Below, in pieces: positions 50,897 to 62,550 of a stretch of DNA of 62,550 nucleotides. The translations under genes were made by a program, and so were the position numbers. Each line of letters opens with the position of its first letter. Within the stretch, counting starts at the first letter, position 1. The DNA comes from Gonapodya sp. JEL0774 (Eukaryota): assembly GCA_027604505.1 (NCBI GenBank), contig JADIIX010000135.1:1-62550 (forward strand), written 5' to 3'. Under the pieces are notes generated by a model. The model did not search any database. It was not told where the DNA came from and worked only from the letters and a program-made list of their open reading frames with translations.

Positions 50897-53800
50897 ATGC
50901 ACGCTCATCCAGTGCAATTTCATATTCTTCCAAACCTCGCAAATGCTCCATTTCCAATTCCGGCCGAACAGGTTTTCTCTTCGGATCCCAGTCAGCCGGA
51001 TCCTTCCTTGCTGCGAACTTCTTCCCTGCAACAGCCTACAATACGATCCCGCCCACCAAACCTTAAACGATCCCTAAATGATATCTCTCATGATAACGGT
51101 GGCGACGAAGATAGGAACTTTCGCTCGAAAAACTTCGGTAATACTGTTTCCACAGAATCCCTCCACCCATCCCAGTCCCACTCCCGCGACTGTTCTCCTC
51201 CTTCATCTCTATTCACCGTGGATGATTCCATGCTCCGAGGTGATTCAGTCGACCCCCTCAACTCGAGCTGGGCAACTTCAGATAGCCCCGCGTCCGAATT
51301 CGACATCATTCATTCCCCTGCACCCACGCCACGCACTTTCCCTTCATCTTCACCCCGTATGACTTCTCATACTCCGACAAAACGTGGACGCACCGCCGCA
51401 CGGGCTTCTAAACCATCTCGAGTGGGTCAATTCAACCTTCGAACGTCATTCGTCGACTATAGAGCACCCTCAGTCGGCCCCGACGACGAAGGCAACGAAT
51501 TACGCAATGTAGATTCCAATCAAAGCGATATTTTGGAGAGATCTGGAGGCGGTGGGGCGATTGTGGCGACGGCTTCTGGAGTGAGGCACAAGGGGAGTCG
51601 GGCATGCGACCCCTGCTCTAAGTGAGTCTCGAATCAAATGAGAAATGAGCAGGGTAGTAAAGGCGTTCAGCTTGATGATGATGGTGCACTTGGGTCTTGG
51701 GTCCGTGTCTGGGTGAGCCGAGCTCCCCAAAGAATTTGTGTGAGAGTGAACATGTTGGGAACCGTGATCCCTTCCCCGCCTACTGCTCACGGAAGCCGTC
51801 CGCTCAGATCCGCGACTCCTATCTCACATTTGTCTTGTGTTTGCCAACCATTCACCGCAGGTCAAAACGCAAGTGCGACGAGAAACAACCGTGTAGACAA
51901 TGCTTTGCCCGCAACTTTACCTGCACTTATGGTACGTAGAGCGAGTTACGTTAGATATCTGCGTGCATCGAATTTTTGCTGTCTTTTTTTTGATAACGTA
52001 TGTCGTTTCCTTTTTTTTTTGGTGCACACGGTCAATATACTGTTTGTGTTGACCTACTTCTTTCTGGTGTTGCCCATATACCGTTCAGACCGTGCTACCC
52101 GCCGTGGTGGGGCTCGCCGGGGATGGGCTCAAGATCTTCGAGAAAAGGTAAAGCAGCTTGAAGCCGTGCTGGCCAGCGCCGCGCCTTCCGGAGCCGGCGT
52201 GCCACCAGAATTGTCGGACCCCGGAAGTCACCCACCGACAGCACAATCGCAACCATCAGCGGGACCAGAATGCCGCGTCAATGTGAAATCCAAAACTCAA
52301 CACACCCAGGCGGAAGTGCCACCAACCCAACCTACATCCCCAACTCCCTCACTCACCGCGTTCCTCGAGTCGCTCGAACCCTTGAACAGTCAACTCACAA
52401 TGGGGGCATTGCTCAAGTCCCCTTCACCAGCGCCCATGCTCCTGCCCATTTCCGTGACCACAATCCCTGTTCCATCCGCACCACAGGACACGTGGCCTCA
52501 CAGTGCAAGTCCTGCTCCGTCCCCGGGGCGATTCAGCGTGTCGGAGTTCCTCGCATGGCCCGACGGATCAGGATCTGAACGCGGAGACGCGAGGGAAGAT
52601 ACTGGTTCCCACGGTAGCCCCGTAGCAGGCGGCCTTTCGGTTGGGTTCGACATGAGAGCTCCCACGCCGGCCTCGTGGGGCAGAGCGATTGGCTCTGGGG
52701 GTCCTGGGTCGCCGTTAGGAATGGGAGGCATCGCAGCACCCGGGGTATCGGGGTTTGGAAGTCTTTCTTTTGGGTTTCCCTCGCCATCTCTAGTGGGAGT
52801 TCCTCGTCCGCTGGATCCGTTTGGAGGGGGAGGTGTGCCTCTCCCAGACTCGGATTTGCTCAACCACCTGACCGGTCTGCATTTCGACATGTTCCATGTG
52901 AACGCTCCATTCCTGTGCGTTGTCTATATTTTCATAACAGTTTCATCCGACCCTGATCCCCCTCTAACGCTCGTCCATTTTAGTCACCGCCCCTCCTTCC
53001 TCGCAAACCCCACGAAAGATCCCCTCTTGCTGCACGCTCTGTGGGCGGCCAATATTCGACTGTATGCCACGAAGTACTTGCTGGACCCGAGGGACCTGGT
53101 CAAGACTGCGGAAGGCATTTTTGAAAGAGCGATGCAGATGTTGGTTGGAAGAGTGAGTAGAATCTATTTTGAAGATTATTGCCACTCAGTAGAATTTGTA
53201 AACATCACTTTCCCTACTTGATGGACCCGACCTCGCAAACCCGTTTCTTTTCAAGCTCCAATCCGCAGCTTCTGTCTCTACGCTCACTGCCATTCTGTTT
53301 CTCGTTGCTGTTGCGAGGCACATGGGTCCACCTCACCTTGCTCAGCGTCTCATGGGGTTCTCTTTGATGATGGGGAGGGAGTTGGGTCTGGGGAAAGAAG
53401 TGCACTCTCATACGTTTGGGGAGGGTGAAGTGTCGAGGGAGATGAGGAGGAGACGTGAGTTGGGGTGCATTGTCAGCTCTGTTGCATTGATTGCTCAGTG
53501 AATGACTCCTTCCACTCCCATCAGTCCTCTGGCACCTCTTTATGATGGAAAGGTCATTCCTTCCTCTCGCACCTGCTCTCCTTACTGACGCGGAAGCGAA
53601 GCGCCAGTATCTTCCCATGGCGGATGAAGTATTCAACAATCTTGACCAAGATGATGAAACCACCGTATCCACGTCCGCGTCAGCCGCCGCAAACGCTGCA
53701 CTCGCAACCGTGACCAAGTACGGCGAGCTCGGGTTTTCTGACATTACGTCATTCGCTTCATCTTCTCCAAGTGGCTCGCGGGGCTCCGTCGGGGCGAAGC

Positions 53801-55304
53801 CAAAGTTGTCTATTGATCAACGACCTGCGTCAGAGATTTTTGAGGCTACAAATTTGATATTGAATGGGCGTATGATGGATGGAGGCGGTGCTGAGAAGAG
53901 AATGATGCAGAGGCTAGTGGAGCGTTGGTGGGAGCAAGGCAGGTAGGTGGTTCCGCAATGAGAGGATTTTGAGAATTGCTCAAGGCGACGGATAGAGTAT
54001 CTGATGAGAGACGTGTTTGCGTTCCTCCGCCCATAGTGGCTTCACTATAGCCCCTCTTATTCTCGTTAACTTTCGAGGACACATTGCCAAGCTCCGACGA
54101 TTTGCGGAAGAGTTCGACATTGAAATGTGGACGGCACTTCCGGGTACCACTCCTGTCCAATCTGCGCCCACAGAAATCGCGAAGCGGGTTTCGAACTTCA
54201 ATGTCGCATTAAAGGAATATGCAGACTCACTTCCTCTGCCTCTGAAACTCATTAATGCAGCAGTGGACAAAGGAGAAATCACCAAAGTTCTCCGCATGCT
54301 ACTTGGCACCGGACCTGCCGCCTCCTCACCTCCTGGCAGCCCTGAAAACCCGAATTCATTTGCGTTTGGCAGAAGTCCAGAAGCAGGCGGACCCGAGCTG
54401 TTTGGGGGAGAGGGACATGCCAGCTCGAAGCATAAACGCAGGAATAGTGTACGCGGATTCGGGACAGGCGTTGTGGATAAGGCTACCTTGGCACTCCTAG
54501 AGTTCCATTCTCTGAGGTTGTTATTGAATCTGCCAAGAAGCGTCAATGCGATGTTCGAAGATAAAAGTTGGATGGGCTCGGAAAGTTTCATTATTGTGAG
54601 TCCGCCGCGGTCGTTGAGATAATCATTTCGAGGGATAAACTGCTTATCCGCTCTTCATGTGAAATTCAGTGTCAGGAAGCGGTGAGACAAATGTCTGTCA
54701 TCGTGGAGGCCTTAGCTGGACTAGTTGAATGGCAACCGACGATTGCATACATTTTTGAGTGAGCTCACAACAATTGACGTTGGGACTTGAGGATCCCCTT
54801 TCTCAACCTCACCTTTTCACTTTTGCCAGAGAGCAAACGGCTTTTGATGATGCGGTCGACTCGAGTCGTGAGCAAGCACCTGCTCCCAATTCTGGAAGCT
54901 CTCTTGAATTGACATCCGGACTGGGAGCCTCGCAGTCCGAGTCATCTTCTTGGATGCCCACCGCACAATGGGCAAGGGGTGTTTTACCATCACTCTCCGA
55001 GTTTATGGGATCTCAAAATGATAATGACATGGACCAAGGCGACTTTGGAGACAACTCCACGGACAACAGAGGCACCGCCGGTGAACTCAGGAGTGAAAGT
55101 CCTTTTGCTGCAGTTGACAGCATAGGCAGAGAACCTCTCGTTTTTGGTGGCAGTTTGACCCTTGGAAACAACCTCAACCCTGCAAAGAACCTCGTCAACG
55201 GCATGATTTCCACGATGAAGCGGACCAAGCGGCGGTTTAACGAGGCTGTGGCAAGCAAGAGTGACATTGGTAAACTGTGGAGCATAAAATTCTGGGTGCT
55301 TTAG
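50897..55304 (+). CDS. Zn(II)2Cys6 fungal transcription factor with fungal-specific middle homology region
   Basis: Spliced RACDPCSK|SKRKCDEKQPCRQCFARNFTCTY (C-x2-C-x6-C-x5-C-x2-C-x6-C), coiled coil LREKVKQLEAVL, and LTGLHFDMFHVNAPFL|HRPSFL…PLLLHAL. Start codon uncertain. Confidence 0.9.
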
Positions 55305-55421
55305 TGCATTTTTTGCAGTATTCTATGGATATTTGTTTTGATTTGCATCTATCTGTTGTATATGTGAGACTTCTTGAATTAGAGCAAAACCTTTCTCTTT
55401 TCGCATCCGTACCGAGCTTGC

Positions 55422-56105
55422 ATGGCCCGCAAGAATCAATCTGACGAGGATCCTGAATTGGATGCATTCGTCGAAGAATCCTCACCAGTTCCTCGCTTTC
55501 CTGTTCCCATTCCGATCCGTTTTTCCGACCTGCCCAATCGCCCACCCCCGCCTATTCCCCCTCCACCTGCTATTCCACCCGATGCGCTAGCAAAGCTAGC
55601 AATAATCAGAAACGAGATTGACGGTCTGGTACGACGAAATCTGGATTCAGTGCTCGCATTACCCATGTTGGAGCTTTCACCGAGTGGTGACGTATTGCCC
55701 ACAACAGCAAATAAGTCCTACCTCCTACTTGTGGATGCACTTGAGCGTTTCCTGCTCAGATTAGATGAGATTGTGGGGAATGAAATCGTGCGGTCAAAGC
55801 GGAGAGAACTGATAAACCACGTCAACCGACTACTACTGGTACTGGACGAGAAACGAGTCAGCGTAGCTAGGAGCGAGGTTGAGAAACTTGTGCAGGTGGG
55901 AGTGTTTGAGGAAGAATTATCCATATCGGCCGCCCTTACACCATCAACACCTCGACCGAACCTTGCCGACCATAACCAGGATCTCGGGCCACTAGAAGTT
56001 TTCAAAATGCTCTCGGAACATCCTAAACTAATTCAAAGAGAAAGAGAACTCGCAGCACGTTTAAAGGAGAGTGAGGACTTGGTAAAAATTCTGTTGAAGT
56101 CATGA
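55422..56105 (+). CDS. BAG-domain (Hsp70 co-chaperone) protein with a Pro-rich N-terminus
   Basis: YLLLVDALERFLLRLDEIVGNEIVRSKRRELINHVNRLLLVLD matches the BAG pattern. There may be a further 3' exon (~56171-56490). Confidence 0.8.
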   Translation: MARKNQSDEDPELDAFVEESSPVPRFPVPIPIRFSDLPNRPPPPIPPPPAIPPDALAKLAIIRNEIDGLVRRNLDSVLALPMLELSPSGDVLPTTANKSYLLLVDALERFLLRLDEIVGNEIVRSKRRELINHVNRLLLVLDEKRVSVARSEVEKLVQVGVFEEELSISAALTPSTPRPNLADHNQDLGPLEVFKMLSEHPKLIQRERELAARLKESEDLVKILLKS

Positions 56106-56908
56106 CGATATGTATAATTCAGCGTAAAGTATAAGTAAGTGTTCTACAGAAGTTTAATCTTTCCTTTCAGACGACAGCTCGCTTTCTGCGAGCATCACGT
56201 CATGGAAGAACATGTAAGTATTGGTGCATGCATGAGAATGATTGCGAAATATCGAGCGACGCCAGCGATAAAACCTCGAAAATTTTGGGGTTCAAACGGT
56301 TATGATTCTTGGTATGAGGACGGGTCACAGCAAGAATCGCAAATTTATGTAGTAAAGTGGGGTGAGGGTTCGGTCACAATGACCGAAGCGGCAAAAGTTA
56401 AAATTTGCGACCAATTCTCAACTTTATGACAGGGTGTTTGTCCACCCATTCTTTGGTTCAAAGGTCAAAAATGGGAATGGCACAAAAGTTTTGTAACAGT
56501 GTGTAAGATTTTTCGAGTGGGCGTTCAAGGTCGCGTTCCTTGTGGGGTAAAGGGCGGGATGAGGGGAAGTAGAAGTGCGGGGTAAAATAAACTCTGATTC
56601 CGCAAAATTCGGGGAGCCACCCGACAAATACGATTTTGAAAAAATCCGATAATTTGAATCGGAGAAAGAGCTCGCGCTTGTGATTGTTGCAGATTTAATC
56701 CGGGAGTCGGAAGTAACTGGAACTTGGCGCTTGGCGCGATTGAAGGCTTGGCATTCGGTAACACAATTCAAGCGCCTGCTTTGTGAGATGGGTTCTCCGT
56801 CTTGAGTCGAGGAACGGTCGGTCCTAAAAGCTGATCCATCAGAGCTCGATTCATCACAAGGTCGTCGTAATCATCCATTCCCTGCTGAAAACCGCGAAGA
56901 TTCTTGGC

Positions 56909-59900
56909 ATGGACAAGCACACCGATCCAGCACCCACCTCGCAGCGGGAAGGCCCACACCGAGCCGGGAAGGAGGAAAATGATGACGATATATCTTGTTT
57001 GAATCTCGTGTCGTGCTGCGATCAGGAGGAAGAGAAAGCTCGAAAAAGCTCGGAGTGGCCAGACGTTGACCGTCCCTATGAAGCGGCACCACGGAGTCTC
57101 GTGGATTGGAACACCATGCAAAAACGACATCGCCAAGCTGCTGATTACGCCTGTGATAAAAGAGCAGTAGCGTGGTTGGATCCGGAGAAGGCCACAGATT
57201 TGCAACAATCGTTGAAGTTCTTGGCGCGGGAGGTGGAAGCGCACGCACAAAGCTGGCAGCGGAAAGGACATTTACACTCGCAGCCCAGCTTGCGAAGACT
57301 TTTGCTCATTCTTGTGGCAGTTTCGACCCTCCTTACCGTCTCCGTAGTGCTGCTGGCCAGCCATGCGACCAGGTCGACGAGCTGTCCCGAAACGGGACCG
57401 GCTGGCACTTCTGCCCCGACGTGGAGGAAAACATCGTCCCCGACTCAGGTGGAGCTGTACATTAATAACTTTGGCTTTGGTGGTATCTCCGCTCTCAAGA
57501 AAGACGCGCCCCGCGCACCGGTTCGGCGTGCGGTTGCGAAGATGGACTTGTCTGATGGAAAACTCAGCTTTCTACACTCTGGGGTGGTTGAGCCACCTGC
57601 ATCTGATCTGGAGGAGAATCGTAACATTGATGTTTTATTTACATGGGTAAGATTTTTCGGTCTTGGCATTCGTGCGAAATAGCTTTTACGATTCCGTTTT
57701 TATGACAGGTCAACGGCTCCGATCCATTGCATCAATCCTATCGCAAGCACTACTACGAGAAACTCACTCCCGAGCAGCGGTACTACAAGGATTTCGTCGG
57801 AGGAGCCTCGGGAGCCATAAAACCTCCTTCAGCCGACGCGATCGCCCAGCAACTGTCCCACAAAAACAGCTTCCGTGACTCCATCTCGGGCGCGCACAAC
57901 AAGCAGTACGACGAGGTCGGAAACACCCTCCAGGCTGCCGTCCGCTCGGTTGTTCAGAACCTTGCGAGGGAGCCCGGGGACTACACCGACGGGACGGCCG
58001 TCGAATATCGCGTGCCGGTGGGGAAGATTGTCTTGGTGACGGCGGATTTCCCAGATCGCTATCCGGGATGGTACCTGTCCAAGGGGTCCGGGTCCGCGCA
58101 CGGACAGATACCTTCTTTCCTGGACGAGCGCAAACTCGGGACACGCTCCTCAACCAGCCCTTCGCTCCACCTCTTGCACCACTCTGCCTTGTTCCGCGAT
58201 CAGGCGACCCTCCCGACCTTCTCCTCGTACGCGATCGAGTTGCAGTTCGCAAACCTCACTGCGGACCAGATCTCGAGGCGGTTCATTTACCTCAACGACG
58301 ACAGTGAGTCACGATGTGACCGACGTGCCATTTTTGCCCTCCACGTCCCGCCGCGTGCACCGTCCTGACATGTCCTACCCCCCCCCCCCCTCCCCCCCCT
58401 GCCAGTGCTCTTCACCCGCCCCCACGACACGACCGACTTCTTCACCTCGGACGGTGGTCTGATCCTCAACGTGCAAGACAACCTGCTCGTGCAACCTTGG
58501 AGCGATCTGTCCCGGGCTCAGCGATCGCAGGCCAACCTCCAGACGGGCGAGTGGCTCGCACTCCACTACTCGAGCGAACGTGAGTTCCGGGCGTCGGGGG
58601 AGCGATCTCACGGGCAGATTGTGTGCATGTTTGGGTTCTAATTTTTTTTTCTTTCGTGGTCTTATTTTTTTTTTTGTTGTGTGTTGTGTATGCGTCGTAC
58701 ACAGTCCTCAAGCAACGCTTTGGCCCGCGGAACCGGCAGTACACTGCGCACGCGTGGCGGGCCTTTGACCGGACCATCCTCAACGACATTGTGGATCCCT
58801 CAAAGGAACCGTGGTTGGCGGCACGGTTTGCAGAGGCTGGGGTGAGTCTTTCTGGGGATGGGGGTGAGGGGGGGGATCAGCGCTTTCGGCGTGTCTGGTG
58901 CATGTTCTGGTTTGGTCTCGGTTCCTGACCGACCCGCCACTCACGGTCCGACCCCGCCCCACACACACATGTACACCGATGGACCCGACCCAGACCCGCC
59001 GCTTCCGTAATCTAGGCCCGCTCCTTTCCGACCGGCACGATATCCACATGGTGAGTCGGTGTGTTTCCCGTTCCAATTTCTCTGTTCTCTTTCCCACACT
59101 GTGCCCCCACCTCCCCGTGGCGCCCACCCCAGTCCTTCTTCTTCACCCACTACGTCATAGCCCGCCACCGGGAACTCTTCCTGCTCTTCATCTCGCAGTA
59201 CCTCGACGCGGACGGGGACGGTTGGTGGTCGGGGGAGGAGAGGAGGGAGTTGATGCAGTGGGTGAGGGGGGCGAGGGAGGGGAGGGGTGAGAGGCACGGA
59301 CAAGGGGAAACGGAAACGGAAAAGGGGAGCAGGTCGGGGTTGACGGGGTACAGGTGGCGGTCAGGACAGGGTGTCATGGACGGAGTCGGGGACGGGACCG
59401 GTGCCGCGCGCAAGACGGGCATCGAGGCCCTTCTCGACGGCTCCTCGGACGACCTGGCCGGCCTGTCCTGCGGCGCCACGACCCTTTCCCAGTGCATGCC
59501 CTCGGGTTGGTTCCACCGCCACCGCAACGTGAGCGTGAGCCAGAGCCGTACGTTTATCGTGGACAGGCCACAGTGTGGGGACTGTTTGGTGGCGGTGGTG
59601 GCGGGTGCGGCGCGGGCACGCGGGGGTGTCGAGAAGTGGGCCGCCGAGATGGCCGCCCAGGCGCTCCTGCAGGCTCAGGCCACGCACCACCTCGCGGGAG
59701 TGGGAGTTGACGGGGACGGGGACGGGGCCCTCCCCCACCAGGCCCCGGACCTGGGGGTGATGGCCCGGATGGCCCGTGCGGCGGGGTTGCGGGCCCTGGC
59801 GACCGAGCTTGGGAGGTACAAGTACACGATGAGCGGGGGGTACCCGTGGGAGTTTGTGAACGGTGGGTTCCGGGGAAGGGGGGGGTGTGGGGGGCGAGGG

Positions 59901-60867
59901 GTGTGGTTGGTTGGAAAATACCGTTTGGTCCTTGGTGTGTGGTGCTGACTTGTTTTGATTTGTGGTCCTCGGTGGGCACCCCATCCCTACCCGCCGCCCC
60001 CCACCCCCCGACGGGACGTATGCAGTCGACCACGTGTTTTCTGCGGCGTGAGTAGCAAGGTGGCGGTGTGCCGCGTGTGCTGGTGTACTCCAGTATCTCA
60101 CTGACCCTCAACCCCAACCCCGTGCCCGTCCCCGTCCCCTTTCCTCCCGTTCCCGCTTGGTCGCTTCCTGCATCCACCACACCTCGTGCCCCCCACCTCC
60201 CACACCCGCACCCGCACCCGCACCACTCCCCCAGCGCCGGCATCGTGACGACCATGAAGCAGCCTGGGCCTGCGTTCGTGTGCGTGAACGACGATTTGAG
60301 GAGTCGTGAGTTGATGAGGTTGGGGGCAACGGCTGGTCGCCGAGACCATACCATATCCACCCCTTAACCCGCACCATGCCCCTGCCCCCCTAACCCGCAC
60401 GATGCCCTGCGCCCCCCCCACCTTCGTCCCCTAACACAGCAACCGAAGACTCACTCCGGAACCTTGGCTTGATGCTTGGAGATTTCTTCCGAGTTGCGTT
60501 TCCGAACGCGGCGTGGTTCGAGCGGGGAGAGGGAGATGGGGTGGCAGGGAAGGTGGAGCAGGGCAGGGGGAGGGGGAGGGGAGGGTGGGAGTTCGACCCT
60601 GCGGGTGGCACGACGGTGCGGGAGGTGTGTAGGGAGGCGGGGAAGGGGGACACGGAGGGGGTTCTTGGGGTGGGGGTGGTGGGTGGGGCAGACGGGGAGG
60701 GGGCGGGCGGGGAGAGCGGGGGGGACATGGAGATGGAGATGGACAGGGAGAGGGCCGGACGGTGTCTGCGTGGGTGGCGGTACCGCCAGTTTGCGCGGCG
60801 GTGGGTTGAGTACCCCCCGATGAAGCGGGCGTTTGAGTTGGGGAGGATGGGGTTTATTGCGGAGTGA
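56909..60867 (+). CDS. Stealth-family sugar-phosphotransferase (Xpt1/GNPTAB-like), type II membrane protein
   Basis: TM anchor LLLILVAVSTLLTVSVVLL. CR1 IDVLFTW|VNGSDP, CR2 LQAAVRSVVQNL…LPTFSSYAIE…RFIYLNDD, CR3 QRFGPRNRQYTAHA…TRRFR, CR4 FVCVNDD…FFRVAFPNAAWFE. Confidence 0.9.
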
Positions 60868-62235
60868 GAAATGGGGTGGTGTTTGTGGGAGGGGGGGGTG
60901 GGGGTGTGTCCCCCCCCCTCTGTGGGGGGGTTTTGTCTGGGGCTGGGGGGGGTTTTGGGGGCAGTGTGATTGGGGGTTTTTTTGGGGGGGGGGGGGGGGG
61001 GGGGTTAAGGAAGGGATCATAGGTGGGGGTAAGGAAGATTGTTTACAGCGGGGATTTGTACAGGCCATTGACATTTGTACGATATATTATTTAATGAAGT
61101 ATTTATGGAATTTCCATCATTTATTTATTCGCAGTCGAGTCCGTTTAAGATGTGCAAGGACAGATGAAGGGGAGATGGTGCATGGTGCCCGAGTGCCGGA
61201 ATTCGTTGTGTGTGGTGGTGCCCCCAACCTGGGCCAAAGGGACATCGGCACCAAACCAGGGAACCCCCCCGCAGGAGAGAGAGCTGGGAGCAAGAGCGCG
61301 ATGCCATCGGCCGGAGTTGTGCCACGGCAGACAAGAGGCGCAGTGCTGAGCCACAGGCAGCTGCCACCACACTCACCTCACTCCCCGCATGACTCACGAG
61401 GAGGCGGCCAAAGTCACCCCGCGTCCACGTCCTCCGCACTCCCTGCCGCACTCCCCTCGCATCCCTCGCACCCCTCCCATGTCTCCCATCTCAGCCCCCG
61501 CTCTGCTGTGGCCTCTGCCGCTGTCTCCCATCTTCCTCCCAAACTCGCCCTTACTCTCCCCTCACACCCCAGCACCAGCACCCACCACACCGACACCGAG
61601 AGTCACCCCGCACTCCCTTCCCCCGTCTCCCCATCCCCAGCCCCACACCCGCGCAGATCTTCAAAGTCGATTCTACAGCGATTCGGGCTCAGTCCAACTC
61701 CACCTTCCCTGACGCCCAGACCCCCCCGGCGCGGGGCGGGGGAGGCACTCAGGAGGGGAAGTGGAGGGGAGGTCCGGACCAGAGTAGGTGGATGGGTTTG
61801 ACGAGTGTTGCGGTCGTCGTGGATCAGAGCTTGAGCTTGGTGGACCTCTGAGTAAGAACAATTGGGAGGTGGGCAAACCGGCGTTGTGGCCACGGCGGCG
61901 GGATGCATGCAACCAAGAAAGCTTTTGGTTCCCGACCGACGATTGAGCATGTATAACACGGGTCGGGGATGGTTGATGGGAATCAACAGAATTCAATAAT
62001 TTAGCATTGATGTATTGAATGATACAACAAGAGTACAAGGGAAACATGGACATGGAGAACCCGGGGAAATAGGGGGGATGAAGGGGATTGGAAGAGCGAG
62101 GCCAAGAAGTGATGAAAGTGAGGACAAATGGGAAATGGGAAATGAGAGGTTGTGGTGTGATCTGGGGAGTGATCGGACCACAGCACAGGGTGGACACCAC
62201 AGAACAGACACGGGCAACATCCACATCGACAATGG

Positions 62236-62283
62236 TGAGAGAAGAGAGAGAGAGAGAGAGAGAGGGAGGGAGAGAGGCAGAGA
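62236..62283. repeat. (GA)n microsatellite / purine tract
   Basis: gagagagagagagagagag directly visible. Confidence 0.8.
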
Positions 62284-62447
62284 TGGACTGTGCACACAGA
62301 CACTGTCGCCTCTGTCTCCCACTCACTTTCCCCTCTCACATCTCACATCCACCCCTCTCCCCACACTCCACACTGTCTCACACTCATCCCATCCCATCAC
62401 ATCACATCCCTCCCCACTCCCCACTCCCTCACACCCCACCACATCAA

Positions 62448-62550
62448 TCAAGCCCCCCTCTGTCCTCATTCTCGGCGGCACCGGCTTCATCGGTCGCAAT
62501 CTGGTCCACCACATCGTACTCAACAACCTGGCTTCTTCTATACGAATCGT
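62448..62550 (+). CDS. NAD-dependent epimerase/dehydratase, N-terminal Rossmann exon (truncated by the window end; upstream exon possibly ~61298-61783)
   Basis: PSVLILGGTGFIGRNLVHHIVLNNLASSIRI contains the GGxGFIG motif. Confidence 0.75.

Noticed and set aside
5378..56105. Chaperone gene cluster (TPR co-chaperones, HSP90-like NOV ATPases, BAG protein)
   Set aside because: The genes are interspersed with unrelated ones, and there is no evidence of co-regulation or conserved linkage.
60833..61801. 322-aa ORF with a G/W-rich N-terminus
   Set aside because: The first half derives from poly-G 3' UTR or intergenic sequence. Only the part from ~61298 may be coding.

Overview
Intron-rich eukaryotic genomic DNA, most likely from a zoosporic (chytrid-like) fungus. 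This is inferred from a Zn2Cys6 transcription factor occurring together with a TTC12-like ciliary dynein-assembly gene and GT-AG introns. About 15 genes are visible: a GRE2-like NAD(P)-dependent reductase, TTC12 and a truncated inverted paralog, an unknown helical protein, an ankyrin/coiled-coil/SH3 protein, a CSC1/OSCA channel, two poorly characterised genes, a Cache-like/HAMP membrane sensor with no visible output domain, a Zn2Cys6 TF, a BAG protein, a Stealth-family phosphotransferase and the start of a second NAD-dependent epimerase. The centrepiece is a head-to-tail pair of ~9.2 and ~9.6 kb NO VEIN-like genes (sacsin/GHKL ATPase plus C-terminal DUF3883 PD-(D/E)xK nuclease) with intact-looking catalytic motifs and very different N-termini. 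Both window ends are GC-rich, and their introns have G-rich 5' and C-rich 3' halves. No rRNA, tRNA, CRISPR array or transposase was recognised. All gene models were built by eye, so exon boundaries are approximate.
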